A DNA stretch of 64,000 nucleotides. Source: Pirellulales bacterium (GTDB taxonomy: Bacteria > Planctomycetota > Planctomycetia > Pirellulales > PALSA-1355). The notes below the pieces were generated by a model. The model was not told the DNA's origin, did not search any database, and saw only the letters and a program-made list of their open reading frames with translations. This document shows, in pieces, positions 33,063 through 44,092 of this stretch; positions within the stretch are counted from its first letter, which is position 1; the number at the start of each line of letters is the position of its first letter. A program made the position numbers and the translations under genes. The stretch lies in the NCBI GenBank assembly GCA_963733035.1, contig CAVTBU010000005.1:2272001-2336000 (forward strand), written 5' to 3'.

Positions 33063-33257
33063 TCAGCGGGGGAAGGATCTCGCCATGTCGGCCGGTGCCG
33101 GGCCACATTCGGCCTGAAGTTGATCCTGCTCGCTCCACAGGAACGCATCCACGGCCTCTTCCAGCATCTCCAGCGTCTCGTAGGTGCCGCTCGTGATCAG
33201 ACGCTTCAGTTCAGCGATCTTCGCTTCTCGTGCGATCGCTTCGGAAGATCGGGTCAT
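33063..33257 (-). CDS. Small FlgM-like (anti-sigma-28 C-terminal motif) protein
   Basis: GGAGG RBS; KIAELKRLITSGTYET resembles the FlgM core. Confidence 0.55.
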   Translation of the reverse strand: MTRSSEAIAREAKIAELKRLITSGTYETLEMLEEAVDAFLWSEQDQLQAECGPAPADMARSFPR

Positions 33258-33418
33258 CTTTTACCCTCCGTCGTATGCAACCACCGCCTACTCGTTTACG
33301 CCCCGGATCGGTGCGTTGGTGGATTCCAAGTTGCCACCATGCTAGCACATCAAACCGGAAATAAAACATGCCCGGCCAAGTGGCCTTCAGGCCCACCGCG
33401 CCAGGGAGCAAAAACGAC

Positions 33419-33458
33419 AAAACCTGCCGCAAATCACGCTGTTTTTGCGGCAGGTTTT
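33419..33458. terminator. Hairpin downstream of the DUF1080 gene
   Basis: AAAACCTGCCGCAAA...TTTGCGGCAGGTTTT. Confidence 0.6.
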
Positions 33459-33545
33459 GAGGATTCCGGGTTGTGGATAAACTGTCGATTTCCGGCGTTC
33501 CCCGTTGGAAACGAACTCCCGACCCTCGACCGTCAAATCTTTCAG

Positions 33546-34532
33546 CTAAGATTTCTTTTCCACGACCCAGATGTTGCGATATTCCACTGGGTTGCCGTGG
33601 AACTGTAGCATCAGCGGGCCGCGTCCGGGCGATTCGTGCGGGGCTCCGCCGGGCGTCAGATGCGGTAGCTCGAAGTCGTCAAAAATAGTGACGCCGTTCT
33701 GCTTTACGGTCACACGCGCGTTCGAGGTTTTGTTCTCACCGTCGAACTTCGCACCCGTGAAGTCGAAATCATAGGTCTGCCAAGACAGGGGCGGCAGGCA
33801 CATGTTCACCGCCGGCTCCTTGATCTGATAGAAGCCGCCGCATTCGTTGTCCTTGCCTTCCAGTCCAAACGAATCGAGCACCTGGCACTCATAGCGGTTC
33901 TGTAGATAGACACCGCTGTTGCCTCGACCCTGCCCGCGCGCCGCCGGCATGTACGGCGTGCGGAATTCCAGGTGCAAGGTAAAGTCGCCGAACTCGTCCT
34001 TTGTGAGCGCACCAGCCTGCAGCAGGCCGTTCTTCACGCGGCTGACTTTCCAGGCATCGGCATTGCTACCGTCAAACAACACTTTCGCGCCCTCGGGCGG
34101 CGCGGCGCTCAGCGTCGGGCTCTTGCGTTCGACTTTTTGTAGCACTCCCATCTCTGCACCCGACAAATCCTGAATCGTCATCTTGCCGTCTTCAATGACG
34201 GCGGTGCCGGAGTCACCTTCGAACGTCACTTTGCCCTCTTCGCAGGTCGCATCCGCTTCCAGCTGCTGCATCCCGCGCTCCCAGCCGTCACCTGGCAATC
34301 CGCCGAAATAAAACACGCCATGAAACTTGTCGTCGCCCAGGGCAATTACCTGTGCGCCGAACTTGAGGGCCTCGTCTTGATCGGGTGCCTTGAGCTCGCC
34401 TTGATACTCGCCCTGAATGGCGAAGTCCGGACCTGCCTTGGCCGGATCGGTGATGGCCGGTCCCTCGGCCGCGAACCCGCGGCAAGCAAGCACCAACCCA
34501 AACAACGCCGCCAACATCAAACGCCTAAACAT
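33546..34532 (-). CDS. DUF1080 (3-keto-disaccharide hydrolase-like) secreted protein
   Basis: LFDGS, LHLEF, GNSGVY, YECQVLD, WQTYD, LQFHGNPVEYRNIW. Confidence 0.88.
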   Translation of the reverse strand: MFRRLMLAALFGLVLACRGFAAEGPAITDPAKAGPDFAIQGEYQGELKAPDQDEALKFGAQVIALGDDKFHGVFYFGGLPGDGWERGMQQLEADATCEEGKVTFEGDSGTAVIEDGKMTIQDLSGAEMGVLQKVERKSPTLSAAPPEGAKVLFDGSNADAWKVSRVKNGLLQAGALTKDEFGDFTLHLEFRTPYMPAARGQGRGNSGVYLQNRYECQVLDSFGLEGKDNECGGFYQIKEPAVNMCLPPLSWQTYDFDFTGAKFDGENKTSNARVTVKQNGVTIFDDFELPHLTPGGAPHESPGRGPLMLQFHGNPVEYRNIWVVEKKS

Positions 34533-34850
34533 GGCATCAATCTCCTGGATGACTCAGAGGAAGTAGTACTTCAGGTGCGAACCCAATTCCGAAGCCAGTA
34601 TTGTGACTGGCGCACAAACGCGTCGCAAGCGATTGGCATCGCGCCCGCCAATCCAGTTGATTTCCGCCACGCGATTTTCACGCGTGCGAGCAAGAAACGA
34701 ACGATGAAACGGCTGCCGCAATCACCCGTGCCGCGGAACACCGCGGCCGATCGCAACCGCCGCCACTTGGCTCGGGGTCCGTTGCGCGAAAAAAGCGGGC
34801 TCGGTTTCGCTTGCCGAACCCGCGTTCGAATCCGTTTTCAGTCGACCCGC

Positions 34851-36335
34851 TCACGCAAACAGCTGCGTCACGACTTCCGCCTTTACCAACTCGCGCGGTT
34901 GGTTCAAGTGGTTGTAAACGACCGTCAGCGGGTTGATGCCAACCGCGTGGTAGACCGACGCGAGTAGTTCGATCGGGTGCACCGGGTTTTCCAGCGGGGC
35001 CGAGGCGGTCGCATCCGACTTGCCGTACACAAATCCGCGCTTGGCGCCCCCGCCGGCCACGATGCCGGTATAGCAGTAGGGCCAGTGATCGCGACCGTCG
35101 TCGCTGTTCGAGTTGCCCGAGGTGCTCACGCCGCGCTGCGGGCTGCGGCCGAACTCGCCGATCACCACGACCAGCGTATCGTCGAGCATGCCCCGCTCGT
35201 CCAGATCGGCAATCAGCGTTGAAATGCCGGCGTCAAACATCGGTGCCGATTGCGTCTTCATGCGGGTCGACAGACCGCTGTGATGATCCCACGAGTGATT
35301 GTCGGAGTTGGCGACCTTGGGCCATACGACTTCGACCACGCGGGTGCCGGCCTCGATCAAGCGGCGGGCAAGCATCAGGCTCTGGCCGAACGTGTTGCGG
35401 CCATATCGGTCGCGGGTGGCGTCGCTTTCGGCCTTGAGGTTGAAGGCGTCGAGCGCGCGGCCGGAACTGATCAGCCCCAACGCCTGGCCGTAGTATTCGT
35501 CCAGATCGTATTTGGCCACGGCCTTGTCGACCGCCGGCATGCCTTCGCTGATCAGGTCGCGCAAGCGAGCGCGCCGCTCGAGCCGGGCGCTGGTGACTTC
35601 CGGGCGCAGGCTCAGGTCGTCGACCTTGATATGCTCCATCTTGTTCATATCCATATCGTCGCCGGTCGGATACAGATAGTAAGGATCGTACGCCCGGCCG
35701 AGGAACCCGGCGGTGCCGCCTTTGCCCACCACGTTGCTCTCTTGCAGCGGGCGGGGAAGCATCACGAACGGCAGCATCGGCACCGTGGGCGGCTTCAGGC
35801 GAATGATGTTCGAGCCGAACGTGGGGAAGTCCTTCGGCGACGGCGGCTCGAGCTGTCCCGACGGGCTCACTTTGTCGGTCGTATAGCCGGTATGAATCTG
35901 ATAGATGGCCGCCGTGTGATTGAACAGCCCGTTGGGCGTGTAGCTCACCGAGCGGATCATCGTGAACTTGTCGTTTACCTGCGCGAGCTTCGGCAGATTT
36001 TCAGTGAACTGCACGCCGGGGATTTTGGTTGGGATCGGCTTGAAGATGCTCTTCACATTGTCCGGCACGTTTTCTTTCGGATCCCACAAGTCGAGGTGAC
36101 TCGGTCCGCCTTGCAGGTAGACCATGATCACGCTCTTGGCCTTGTTCCACCCAGGGCCGCTGCCGCTGAACGCCTCGGGCGAATTGGTGGCGGCCTGCGC
36201 CTGCTTGAGTTGCAGGATGTCGGCCAGGCTGAGGCCGAGCAGCGAGGCACCCCCAACGCGCAAGATGTCGCGCCGCGTGGGCCCCATGCCCCGATCGCAA
36301 TTGTCCTTGGCAAGCTGTCCGGGGATCCTGAGCAT
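34851..36335 (-). CDS. DUF1501 domain protein with Tat signal
   Basis: [42 protein letters not shown]. Confidence 0.9.
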   Translation of the reverse strand: MLRIPGQLAKDNCDRGMGPTRRDILRVGGASLLGLSLADILQLKQAQAATNSPEAFSGSGPGWNKAKSVIMVYLQGGPSHLDLWDPKENVPDNVKSIFKPIPTKIPGVQFTENLPKLAQVNDKFTMIRSVSYTPNGLFNHTAAIYQIHTGYTTDKVSPSGQLEPPSPKDFPTFGSNIIRLKPPTVPMLPFVMLPRPLQESNVVGKGGTAGFLGRAYDPYYLYPTGDDMDMNKMEHIKVDDLSLRPEVTSARLERRARLRDLISEGMPAVDKAVAKYDLDEYYGQALGLISSGRALDAFNLKAESDATRDRYGRNTFGQSLMLARRLIEAGTRVVEVVWPKVANSDNHSWDHHSGLSTRMKTQSAPMFDAGISTLIADLDERGMLDDTLVVVIGEFGRSPQRGVSTSGNSNSDDGRDHWPYCYTGIVAGGGAKRGFVYGKSDATASAPLENPVHPIELLASVYHAVGINPLTVVYNHLNQPRELVKAEVVTQLFA

Positions 36336-36871
36336 GCTCGCATACCTCCGGTAAACGGATGTTGGTGGGTTGTGCTGGGGGAAGGCAGGCAGAGCCCGAC
36401 CGCCGCATTGGCCAGCCAGACTCGACAGGGCATCCAGCCCAACTCTCGACAGGAATGCGAAGCGCGAAGCGCAGCCTCACCCCCGCCGGGAGCCGCCCGC
36501 AGTATAACGGCAGACTTTGATGGGTGTCAAATTTCAAGCGCGCCAGGCGGTTCCTCGGTGCCAGGACAACCACGATTCCGATCGTCCGACGGCCTTTGCG
36601 GCAACAAAGTGGCTCGGTTTCGATTTTCAAAGATTTCCGAGTGGCTCGATTTTCGAGCTGCACTTTTTGTGAAACTTTTCATTCCTAAGGGAGGCCGAAA
36701 AACCGAACAATTCACCTCCCCAAACCGTGCATTTGCCCTTGTTTGACCATCAAAAAAACCCCCGCAGACTCGGTCCATAATCTCTCGACCCTAAGCTAGG
36801 CGAAAGGCTGGCCCGATTGCTAGAGACAAACCCAGCTAAAGTCGCTGACGCGGGTGCGCGGCAGGAAGAAT

Positions 36872-36894
36872 GTAGGTCAGGCCCTGGCCTGACA
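36872..36894 (+). repeat. GTAG-family REP upstream of RAYT
   Basis: GTAGGTCAGGCCCTGGCCTGACA: GTAG foot plus hairpin. Confidence 0.85.
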
Positions 36895-36998
36895 GACGGT
36901 GATGGACCCGGACGTTCGACCCCGCTTAAAAACTCCGCGCCCGCCCGTGGCCTCACGCTCTGTTGTTGCGGCCGCAGCACGCGTCTAAAATTGCTCTC

Positions 36999-37550
36999 AT
37001 GTCCGAATACCGGCGGTACTTCGTGGCGGGCGGAACGTACTTTTTTACCGTCGTGACAGACGCCCGCGCGCCGCGATTCGACGACGCGCTTGCCCGGCGT
37101 CTGCTTGGCAGCGTACTTCGTCGTTGCGTTTTGCGGGCGCCGCTGCGAGTGCTGGCGATTGTCCTACTTCCAGACCACCTGCATTGCCTTTGGACCTTGC
37201 CGCCGGGCGATAGCGACTATTCCGCGCGATGGAACTGGATTAAGGGAGAGTTCACACGACAATGGCTGCAACTCGGCGGCCGAGAAAGCCCGCCAACTCA
37301 GGCGCGACGTTCCCAGCGTCGTCGTGGCGTTTGGCAGCGCCGCTTCTGGGAACACACGATCCGCGATGAGAATGACCTTGAGCGTCACGCCGACTATATT
37401 CACTACAATCCCGTCCGGCACGGTTTGGCCACGCGCCCGCGAGACTGGCCCTGGTCGAGTTTCCATCGTTGGGTGCGTCTAGGTCACTATCCGGCCGATT
37501 GGGGCCGCGACGGAACAGAAATCGAGTTGGGCTATGAAGGCGCCGAGTAG
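36999..37550 (+). mobile_element. rayT: REP-associated tyrosine transposase (RAYT, HUH/Y1)
   Basis: GGTYFFTVVT, LPDHLH, WQRRFWEHTIRDE, DYIHYNPV, DWPWSSF; flanked by REPs. Confidence 0.92.
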
Positions 37551-37566
37551 ACCAGACCGCGGCCCG

Positions 37567-37632
37567 GTCGGTCAGGCCCTGGCCTGACAGGCAAGCGTTG
37601 TCGGGCATCTGTCAGGCCAGGGCCTGACCTAC
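37567..37632. repeat. Inverted REP doublet (REPIN-like)
   Basis: 37567-37589 GTCGGTCAGGCCCTGGCCTGACA; 37610-37632 is the exact reverse complement of the upstream REP. Confidence 0.85.
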
Positions 37633-37657
37633 AAGTCTTTCGAAAGCGAGGATTGAG

Positions 37658-38173
37658 ATGACTGTTCGAAGCCGAATCACACCGAGCGTCTTCACGAAAT
37701 CCGTGGTCACGAAAATCATGGTCGTCGTCGTGCTCTTCGCGCTGCTGGCCGTGCCGGCACTGGCGCCCGCGGCCAGGCCGGACGCTGCGTCGTCGTCCCC
37801 CTTTCCGCATACGGTGAAATTCGAGCCGGGGGAAACGCGCTTCGACAATGGCGATGTGATCACGATCGACGAAGTCGACGGTACCGCGGCTACGTTTACG
37901 CCGGGCAATATCTACTGGATCAAGGGAACGTACACGCTCGCCTCGCGCGACGAGGCCACGCTGGCTGCTTACGTCACGGCGGCGGATTCCCAAGACGCGC
38001 GCAGCTACTCGTTTGACGTCCAGACGCGCGATTGCAAGCGGGGGAGCGGCAAGTTCACGCTGCTGCTGCCGATGTCCTACCGCGGCTGGCCGCACGTGAG
38101 TTTCTACCCCGCCGCCGGCGGCCAAAGTTTTGGCGGCACCTATTTCGGAACCGGCGACTCCGTGCGGAAGTGA
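37658..38173 (+). CDS. Secreted hypothetical beta-rich protein
   Basis: GAGGA RBS, signal peptide, GWPHVSFYP...YFGTG. Confidence 0.65.
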   Translation: MTVRSRITPSVFTKSVVTKIMVVVVLFALLAVPALAPAARPDAASSSPFPHTVKFEPGETRFDNGDVITIDEVDGTAATFTPGNIYWIKGTYTLASRDEATLAAYVTAADSQDARSYSFDVQTRDCKRGSGKFTLLLPMSYRGWPHVSFYPAAGGQSFGGTYFGTGDSVRK

Positions 38174-38241
38174 TGGTGAGGGACTGCGCTGGAGAAAGAC
38201 CAACTGCGACACGACTGTTCCGAAAGTGCCGGAACAGGATG

Positions 38242-38272
38242 GCGTCCCGTTTAAGTCCCCCTTAATTCCCCT
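38242..38272 (-). repeat. TAAAGGGGACGC-family repeat variant with stutter
   Basis: Minus strand reads AGGGGAATTAAGGGGGACTTAAACGGGACGC. Confidence 0.5.
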
Positions 38273-38399
38273 ATTTGGCAGGCGAATTGCTTTTTGCTAG
38301 ATTCGCGCTGCTTTGCGGTGGCCGCCAGCGCATTGTTGACCCTCTACGACTTTCGGCACGTGGTGCCGAGCGGCTTGTTTATAAGGTGCTGAAATCGCC

Positions 38400-39035
38400 A
38401 TGCAGCGTGCCTTGTCGCGGTTTATTGAGCATGCCCGGGAGCGCGGGTTGGATCATGTAACGATCTTTTTGCTGCTGAAGTCGGTGGGCTGGAAGGAGCG
38501 GGAGATTTCTGGGGCGATTGCCGAGCGGGAGCTGGCGATGCCGATTCCCGAGCGGGCGGGGGTTGGCTCGCCTCGCGACGCCTTCTTTCACTTGCTGGCG
38601 TTCACCGCGCTGTATGCCTGGGCCATCAGCTTGATCTACGTCTGCTTTACGTACATCAACTTTACGTTTCCCGATCCGGCCAAGCCGACGCCGACGTATG
38701 TAGTCGAATCCGTGCTGTCGAGCGTTCGCGTGGCGCTGGCCGCGCTGTTGGTCGCCTACCCTTTGTTTCTCGGGACCTGGTGGTTCCTGCTTGGCGAAGT
38801 GCGGAAGTATCCCGACAAGTCAAAGAGTCCTCTACGCCGCTGGCTCACATCGCTGACGCTGTTCGTTGCCGCGAACGTGATCCTGGGGGACGCGATCACG
38901 GTGGTTTACTATTTCGTCGAGGGAGACCTGACGGTTCGGTTTCTGCTCAAGGTGTTGGTCCTGTTCGTCGCGACGGGGGCCCTGTTCATTTATCTCGCAC
39001 TGACGCTGCGGGGCGAGGCGGAGGCTGGCAAATGA
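38400..39035 (+). CDS. DUF5671-like membrane protein
   Basis: SPRDAFFHLLAF, FPDP, RRWLTSLTLF, GDLTVRFLLKV; four TM helices. Confidence 0.7.
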   Translation: MQRALSRFIEHARERGLDHVTIFLLLKSVGWKEREISGAIAERELAMPIPERAGVGSPRDAFFHLLAFTALYAWAISLIYVCFTYINFTFPDPAKPTPTYVVESVLSSVRVALAALLVAYPLFLGTWWFLLGEVRKYPDKSKSPLRRWLTSLTLFVAANVILGDAITVVYYFVEGDLTVRFLLKVLVLFVATGALFIYLALTLRGEAEAGK

Positions 39036-39471
39036 CCGGACGTTTGCACGTGGTCTTTGGTGTCCTTTCGGCATGCACGGTGATGCTGGCCATCGGATTG
39101 GGCTTTTCGCTGGTCGGATCGCCGACGACCCGCCGCGCGGAGCGGTTCGACGAAGAGCGTTTGCGGGATCTGCAGGTGATCGTTCGCGAAGTTCACAACC
39201 TGGTCGTCGAGCCGGGACCGCCGCCCACGCTCAGGGGACCGCTGCCTAAAACGCTGGACGAGATCGCCGAAAAGGCGCGGCTGGAAAAGATTGTCACCCA
39301 CGATCCCGAAACGGGCGAAGCGTACCGCTACGTCGTCAAGGACGGAACGACTTTCGAACTGTGCGCCGCTTCACGCATGCCCGCAAGTCCACCGACAGCG
39401 TGTACTGGAATCACCCCGCCGGCCAGCACTGCTACACGGTCAAAGTGCTCGACCCACCACCGTTCTACTGA
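39032..39471 (+). CDS. Membrane-anchored partner of the DUF5671-like protein (frameshift near 39366)
   Basis: TM helix, GSP..RR..RFDEERLRDL, DPETGEAYRY, FELCA; WNHPAGQHCY continues in another frame. Confidence 0.65.
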
Positions 39472-39488
39472 CGGAAATTCGATCGCTA

Positions 39489-39564
39489 GGGGAGTAAAAT
39501 AAAGGGGAATCAGCAGGGGAGTTGCAAAGGGGGACGCGATTTGCATCCCCTTAAATTACTCCCC
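39489..39564. repeat. TAAAGGGGACGC-family hairpin with stuttered GGGGA units
   Basis: GGGGAGTAA...AAAGGGGGACGC-GATTT-GCATCCCCTTAAATTACTCCCC. Confidence 0.65.
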
Positions 39565-39625
39565 AGAGAATGGTGGTTGGGGATGGCGTGCTGATTGTGA
39601 ACGACAATTTGCCATGGGCCGAGTC

Positions 39626-40960
39626 ATGCCTGTCACATTAGATTCCTTGGTTCGATTTGTCTGCAGCGCTGCGGTGATTTTCTTGCTAGGGTCACTTGAA
39701 AGATGCGACGCACAAATGGAGCGTGCCGGCTCCGCAGCACAGGCTTCCAAGGGAGCGGCGAAACTTGCGGCGTCCGATCTACTGACCGATGACCAGATCC
39801 GGCCGCCCAGAGTGTTTCGTTCGGCGAGGCGAAGTGGATGGTCCGTCTCGAGTTGCCCTCCTTCGACAATGGTATACGACTTCCGGGTCGTCCAGAGCGG
39901 TTCGCCATTACCAACGGTTTCATCCACACTCCGTTCAAGACCGCATCATAAACCGGCACCTGGACGATGGCACGTATGGCCCCACAGCACGTCGGCGAGG
40001 CGGCATTATCGATCAGGTCGCATGTTCTCAGGCAGGCATTGCAGTGACATCTCGACCACCGACCGTGGCGAGTTGCCGGATGCCGGACGCTTCATCGTCA
40101 TGAAAAATTGGGCAGGCGACGGCATCCGCGAACTCAAAGGGCACGCCTGCATGCCGTGGCGCGTCTGGGCGTCACCGACGGCACGCGGGTTGCCTCCTGC
40201 GCCGATGACAAGACGATGCGTCTCTGGGATGCTGACAGCGGGCGCGAATTGGCCGCATTCCCGGGGTATGGATACGGCGGAAACTTAAGCACGCGGCGGG
40301 GTGAGTTCGTCTCGTTTTCGCCGGACGGCAAGTGGCTGGCGACAGCCTTTGAGCATCGCATATCGCTTCGCCGCCCGTCCGATGGAAAGGAGGTAGCGGT
40401 TTGGAACTTGGACCAGCAACTGGAGATGTTCGAGATTCTCCAAGGCATCCGCTTCTCTGCAGACAGCCAGTCCTTGCTCGCATTCCGTCCGATGACGTTT
40501 CAGCCGCACGACCGCCAGAAATTCTTTTGTGGAGCATCCACTCTGCGAAGCAAACCGTCTTCATCGGCGACCACGACGCGATTGATGGCCGACTTAGCGA
40601 GGACGGGGAGAACGTCTTTACTTGGAATAGCTCACCGGCGATTACTCTTTGGGCGTGCGCAGCAAGAACGTAGTGCGCACAGTCAACGTAGCTCCGAAGC
40701 ACCTGTGGGCCATCGCGTTTTCCAAAACGGCGAATATGATTGCGGCCGCGGGTGACGACGGTGAAGTGCGATTTTGGAACTTCACGACCTTCGAGAAGTG
40801 CAATCCGAAGCGATGCTACAAGCACAAGGGCATCCAAACCGTCCAGTTTAGTGAAGACGGCACGTATCTTGTGACGGCTGCCGCCGATGGCTCCCTCGCT
40901 GTGTGGGACAGCTTTCCCACGATTAGATGTGCCCGTTCCACGAACCTTTCAATTACCCAC
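39626..40960 (+). pseudogene. WD40-repeat protein with multiple frameshifts (boundaries approximate)
   Basis: LKGH, ASCADDKTMRLWD, FSPDGKWLA, AGDDGEVRFWN, DGSLAVWD spread over several frames. Confidence 0.6.
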
Positions 40961-41314
40961 AAGTTCCTGTACCGCCGTTTTGCGGTACAGGCTAATCTTG
41001 TAGCAGCGGAGCTTTGTTTTCAATTCGTCAATTCGCTGAAGGTAAGGGGTGGTCAGGTCAATCCAGCCGATTTTTAAGCTCGCGCAGTTTGCTCACGTGT
41101 TTGATCAACGGGAGGGCCTCGTAGACGGCCTTGCGATTCCGAAGCGTTACGCTGGCAACACGGCCACCGAGTCCGACGACACGCCCGTATTCCTTCGCGG
41201 CGGCGGTGGCTTTTTCACGCTTGCGTTCAACCATCACTGCAAGTGCGCCGCAGGCAATCAATAGACCCGTGGCGATAATCGCAGCTTTTCACCAGATGCT
41301 TGAGGCCTAGACAT
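40948..41314 (-). pseudogene. Small membrane-anchored hypothetical protein, frameshifted
   Basis: TM-like AAIIATGLLIACGALAVMV, then LRELK(I)GWIDL...; needs two frame corrections. Confidence 0.3.
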
Positions 41315-41323
41315 GGGAGTCAC

Positions 41324-41420
41324 TAAAGGGGATGCGAAGACGCGAACCTTTTCGTGCACGACTCCGGGCCATGGTTTACGCGATAAGACTGCGGCGTCCG
41401 CACGCTGTTCCGCCAAAGCA
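41324..41420 (+). repeat. Composite repeat plus start of IS-derived remnant
   Basis: TAAAGGGGATGCGAAGACGCGAACCTTTTCGTGCACGA...TGCGGCGTCCGCA; aligns with 42985 and 46328. Confidence 0.65.
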
Positions 41421-41833
41421 TTTCAAAGAACAGCGCGTGTTAGCGGGGATTCATACAGTCATCTTGGATCACGCGCCGGCAATTACCGGCGTGTGATTGG
41501 TGCCGTCGGAAAAATTTCCGGATTTCTTGTCAGGAACCTGCGCACGGCGGTCCAAAGATTCATGACAGGTGGTGTCTCAGTATTCGGTATTAGGCTACAA
41601 ACTAAATCCAAAATCGCCCGCGGCCGGGGCAGTTTGCTTCAACAAGTTCGGTGCACGCGGGCAGTCCGCCCAACGCCACCAACGATAACGGGTACACGGC
41701 CGACGGCGGCGGTTTCGAGACGCCCAGCGGCCTGCCGAGAAAATTTGACCGCCGGCGCTTATTTGTGCTACCCTCATCCCAACATTTAGGCAGCGCCAAT
41801 GAGTCAACCTAACAATGAGCGTTTGTTGGCAAC

Positions 41834-41881
41834 ATGCTGTGATCTGTAGGCCTCGTGCCTGCGGATCGTAGCATTTTTTTT
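41834..41881 (+). terminator. Intrinsic terminator inside the leader of the PEP-CTERM gene
   Basis: 18-bp stem including 4 G-U pairs (plus-strand specific), 5-nt loop, T8. Confidence 0.7.
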
Positions 41882-41955
41882 GCGGCAGAGAGCTGGCTGG
41901 CCGCGGTGGGGTCATTACGCGGAAATGTACCACACAACTGTTGAGGGAAACGCCG

Positions 41956-42987
41956 ATGAGACTTAGCAAACGACGAGCGGGCATGGCAGTGATCGCGATC
42001 ATTGGATGTGTGGTGACGCTGCCCGCACCGCCGGCCCGGGCGCTGACGATCACCGTGAACTACGAGGGGACCGTTCCGGCGGCCGCGAAGACCGCCTTTA
42101 ATACGGTCAAGTCGCTTTACGAGCATACGTTCGTCAACCCGATCGATGTCAAAATCGACGTTCGCTTCGGCACGGTAGCCCTGGGCGCGACGAGCAGCAA
42201 CTTCATCTCCATGTCGTACGCGGATTGGAAGACCGACATGAGCAACACGTCGGCCCTGTATCCGTTGAACACCTATCTGAACACCGCCAAGGGGACGCTG
42301 CCCGCGAACGATCCGATCGGCCTCGGCACCGGCAATGGAGTTGTGTATGTCCGGGCGGCCAATGCCAAGGCCATCGGCGTGACGGCAGGCCAGACGACTG
42401 GCACGTTTCCCAACTCCATCAACGGCGCCTATGACGCGGTGCTCACATTCACGGACGCGGCCAACACGTTCGAATACAACGGCGTGGGAGTCGCCGACAA
42501 ATACGATTTCATGGACGCTGCCTCGCACGAGCTCAACGAAGCGCTGGGCAGCGGATCGCAGTTGACTAATATCGCCAACAATGCGGTGCTGGGGGCCAAC
42601 ACGGCATTTGAACCGGAAGATTACTTCCGCTATGACGCCTCCGGCAGCCGCTCGATCACGACCGATCCGAACGCAGCCGTCTATTTCACTTACGATCCGT
42701 CGCTGGCGGTTTATCTCGACCGGTTCAATCAAGATAACAACAAGGGGGACCGTAACGACTGGATCTGGGGGAATTTTGGAGTGCCGGCGTCAACCATCGA
42801 AGTGCAAAGCGCGGTCATGTGGCAAAACCAAATCGCCCCCTTGCTCAGTCCCAGCCCGGCCACGCCCGAGTTCGTCGTGCTGAGCACGCTGGGCTACTCG
42901 GTCCCCGAGCCCTCGACCTACGCACTGGCATTCTGCGGCCTCGCCTCTCTCGCGCTGGCTCGACGGTGGACGAGAGGGAGGAACTAA
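41956..42987 (+). CDS. PEP-CTERM-anchored putative metalloprotease (NF038122-like)
   Basis: Signal peptide; ANAKAIG, YDF..AASHELNEALG, DYFRY; VPEPSTYAL + TM + RR. Confidence 0.8.
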   Translation: MRLSKRRAGMAVIAIIGCVVTLPAPPARALTITVNYEGTVPAAAKTAFNTVKSLYEHTFVNPIDVKIDVRFGTVALGATSSNFISMSYADWKTDMSNTSALYPLNTYLNTAKGTLPANDPIGLGTGNGVVYVRAANAKAIGVTAGQTTGTFPNSINGAYDAVLTFTDAANTFEYNGVGVADKYDFMDAASHELNEALGSGSQLTNIANNAVLGANTAFEPEDYFRYDASGSRSITTDPNAAVYFTYDPSLAVYLDRFNQDNNKGDRNDWIWGNFGVPASTIEVQSAVMWQNQIAPLLSPSPATPEFVVLSTLGYSVPEPSTYALAFCGLASLALARRWTRGRN

Positions 42988-43218
42988 AGGGTACGAGAAG
43001 ACGCAAACCTTGACGTTGGTGACTCGACTCTGAGGCCAATCATTGCTTCGCACGCCAGGAGTGCGGTTTCCGCACCCTGATCGCGGCCAAGCAGGGCCGT
43101 CCGACGGACAAGCCCGCGCGGCACCGATATCGACGGCTGATGCTGCCGAAATCTCCGCTTGATGGCGCTGACGCGTAACGTCATGATCCTGTTGCGCGGG
43201 GAGATTTTCTACTGAGCC
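42985..43218 (+). mobile_element. Composite repeat plus decayed IS 3' remnant with terminal IR
   Basis: Shares GGAGTGCGG, CCGACGGACAAGCCCGCGCG and ATCTCCGCTTGATGGCGCT with 46340-46646; ends TTTTCTACTGAGCC. Confidence 0.65.
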
Positions 43219-43246
43219 GCCCGTAAGCTATTTTCGACTGTGTGCC

Positions 43247-44041
43247 ATGCGCAAGCTTTTTCATCGAAGACGTCGCCCGTTGCTGTGCGCTTCCGTCGGC
43301 AGACGGACAATTTGCGAAATCAACCAAGCCCCCCACAAGGAATGGCCAATTGTTGAGTTTTCACAATTGAGCCCCGTGCTTCAACTTCTGGACGCGGACG
43401 GTAAAGCATACTGCCACGACCTGACGTCCATTGTGCAAGAGGGCATACGATGGGGCTATTTTTCGATCACAATCGGCAAAGGATTGACCTGCCAGGCCGA
43501 CGCAATATTGATGAAAAAGGAAGGTGACGCGCCAGAAGCATTCGCGGCGGGCAGGGCGGACGGTTTGAGGCTGCAACCGTTCTATCTACCAGGCTGTCAC
43601 AGCCGGCCTTCTGAGCTAGTTGGACGTGGCCTGTTTTTTCGCGGACTTCACTATAGCGGCACGGTTACACCCGGAAATGTCTCGCTGTCCTGTATTTGCG
43701 ATGTGTGCGACGCAGCTTTCGGGTGCAATCGTTCCACACAGGCTTCAGTGGATCGTCATATTTTTATTGCAGCAACGGACCGCATACGCTTGAGGTCAGC
43801 GCGACACACCGAGGGTGCTCCGCCCGCCTCAGGCAAGGCGGATCCTGAGAGCTTGGCCGCGCTTGAGACACGGTTACCTGCCTGCTCCCATTGCGGAGGC
43901 ACCTTCGCATATCTCAACTCTTTTCGTTGTCCGCATTGCGCCGCACCATACATCGACTTCGGGAGATTCCCATCCGAGCGGGAAATCGAGTACTACGGCA
44001 ACTACCTATACGGAGAGGAGTTGCAAAGATTCAGGCCGTAG
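43247..44041 (+). CDS. Hypothetical Cys-rich (CxxC) protein; probably internal frameshifts, start uncertain
   Basis: CICDVC, CSHCGG, CPHC motifs. Confidence 0.5.
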   Translation: MRKLFHRRRRPLLCASVGRRTICEINQAPHKEWPIVEFSQLSPVLQLLDADGKAYCHDLTSIVQEGIRWGYFSITIGKGLTCQADAILMKKEGDAPEAFAAGRADGLRLQPFYLPGCHSRPSELVGRGLFFRGLHYSGTVTPGNVSLSCICDVCDAAFGCNRSTQASVDRHIFIAATDRIRLRSARHTEGAPPASGKADPESLAALETRLPACSHCGGTFAYLNSFRCPHCAAPYIDFGRFPSEREIEYYGNYLYGEELQRFRP

Positions 44042-44049
44042 TGAGCGAT

Positions 44050-44092
44050 TAAAGGAGGGCTAACCTAAAGGGGACGCAATTCTCGTCCTCTT
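44050..44092. repeat. TAAAGGGGACGC-family hairpin
   Basis: TAAAGGAGGGCTAACC-TAAAGGGGACGCAATTCTCGTCCTCTT between convergent genes. Confidence 0.65.
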
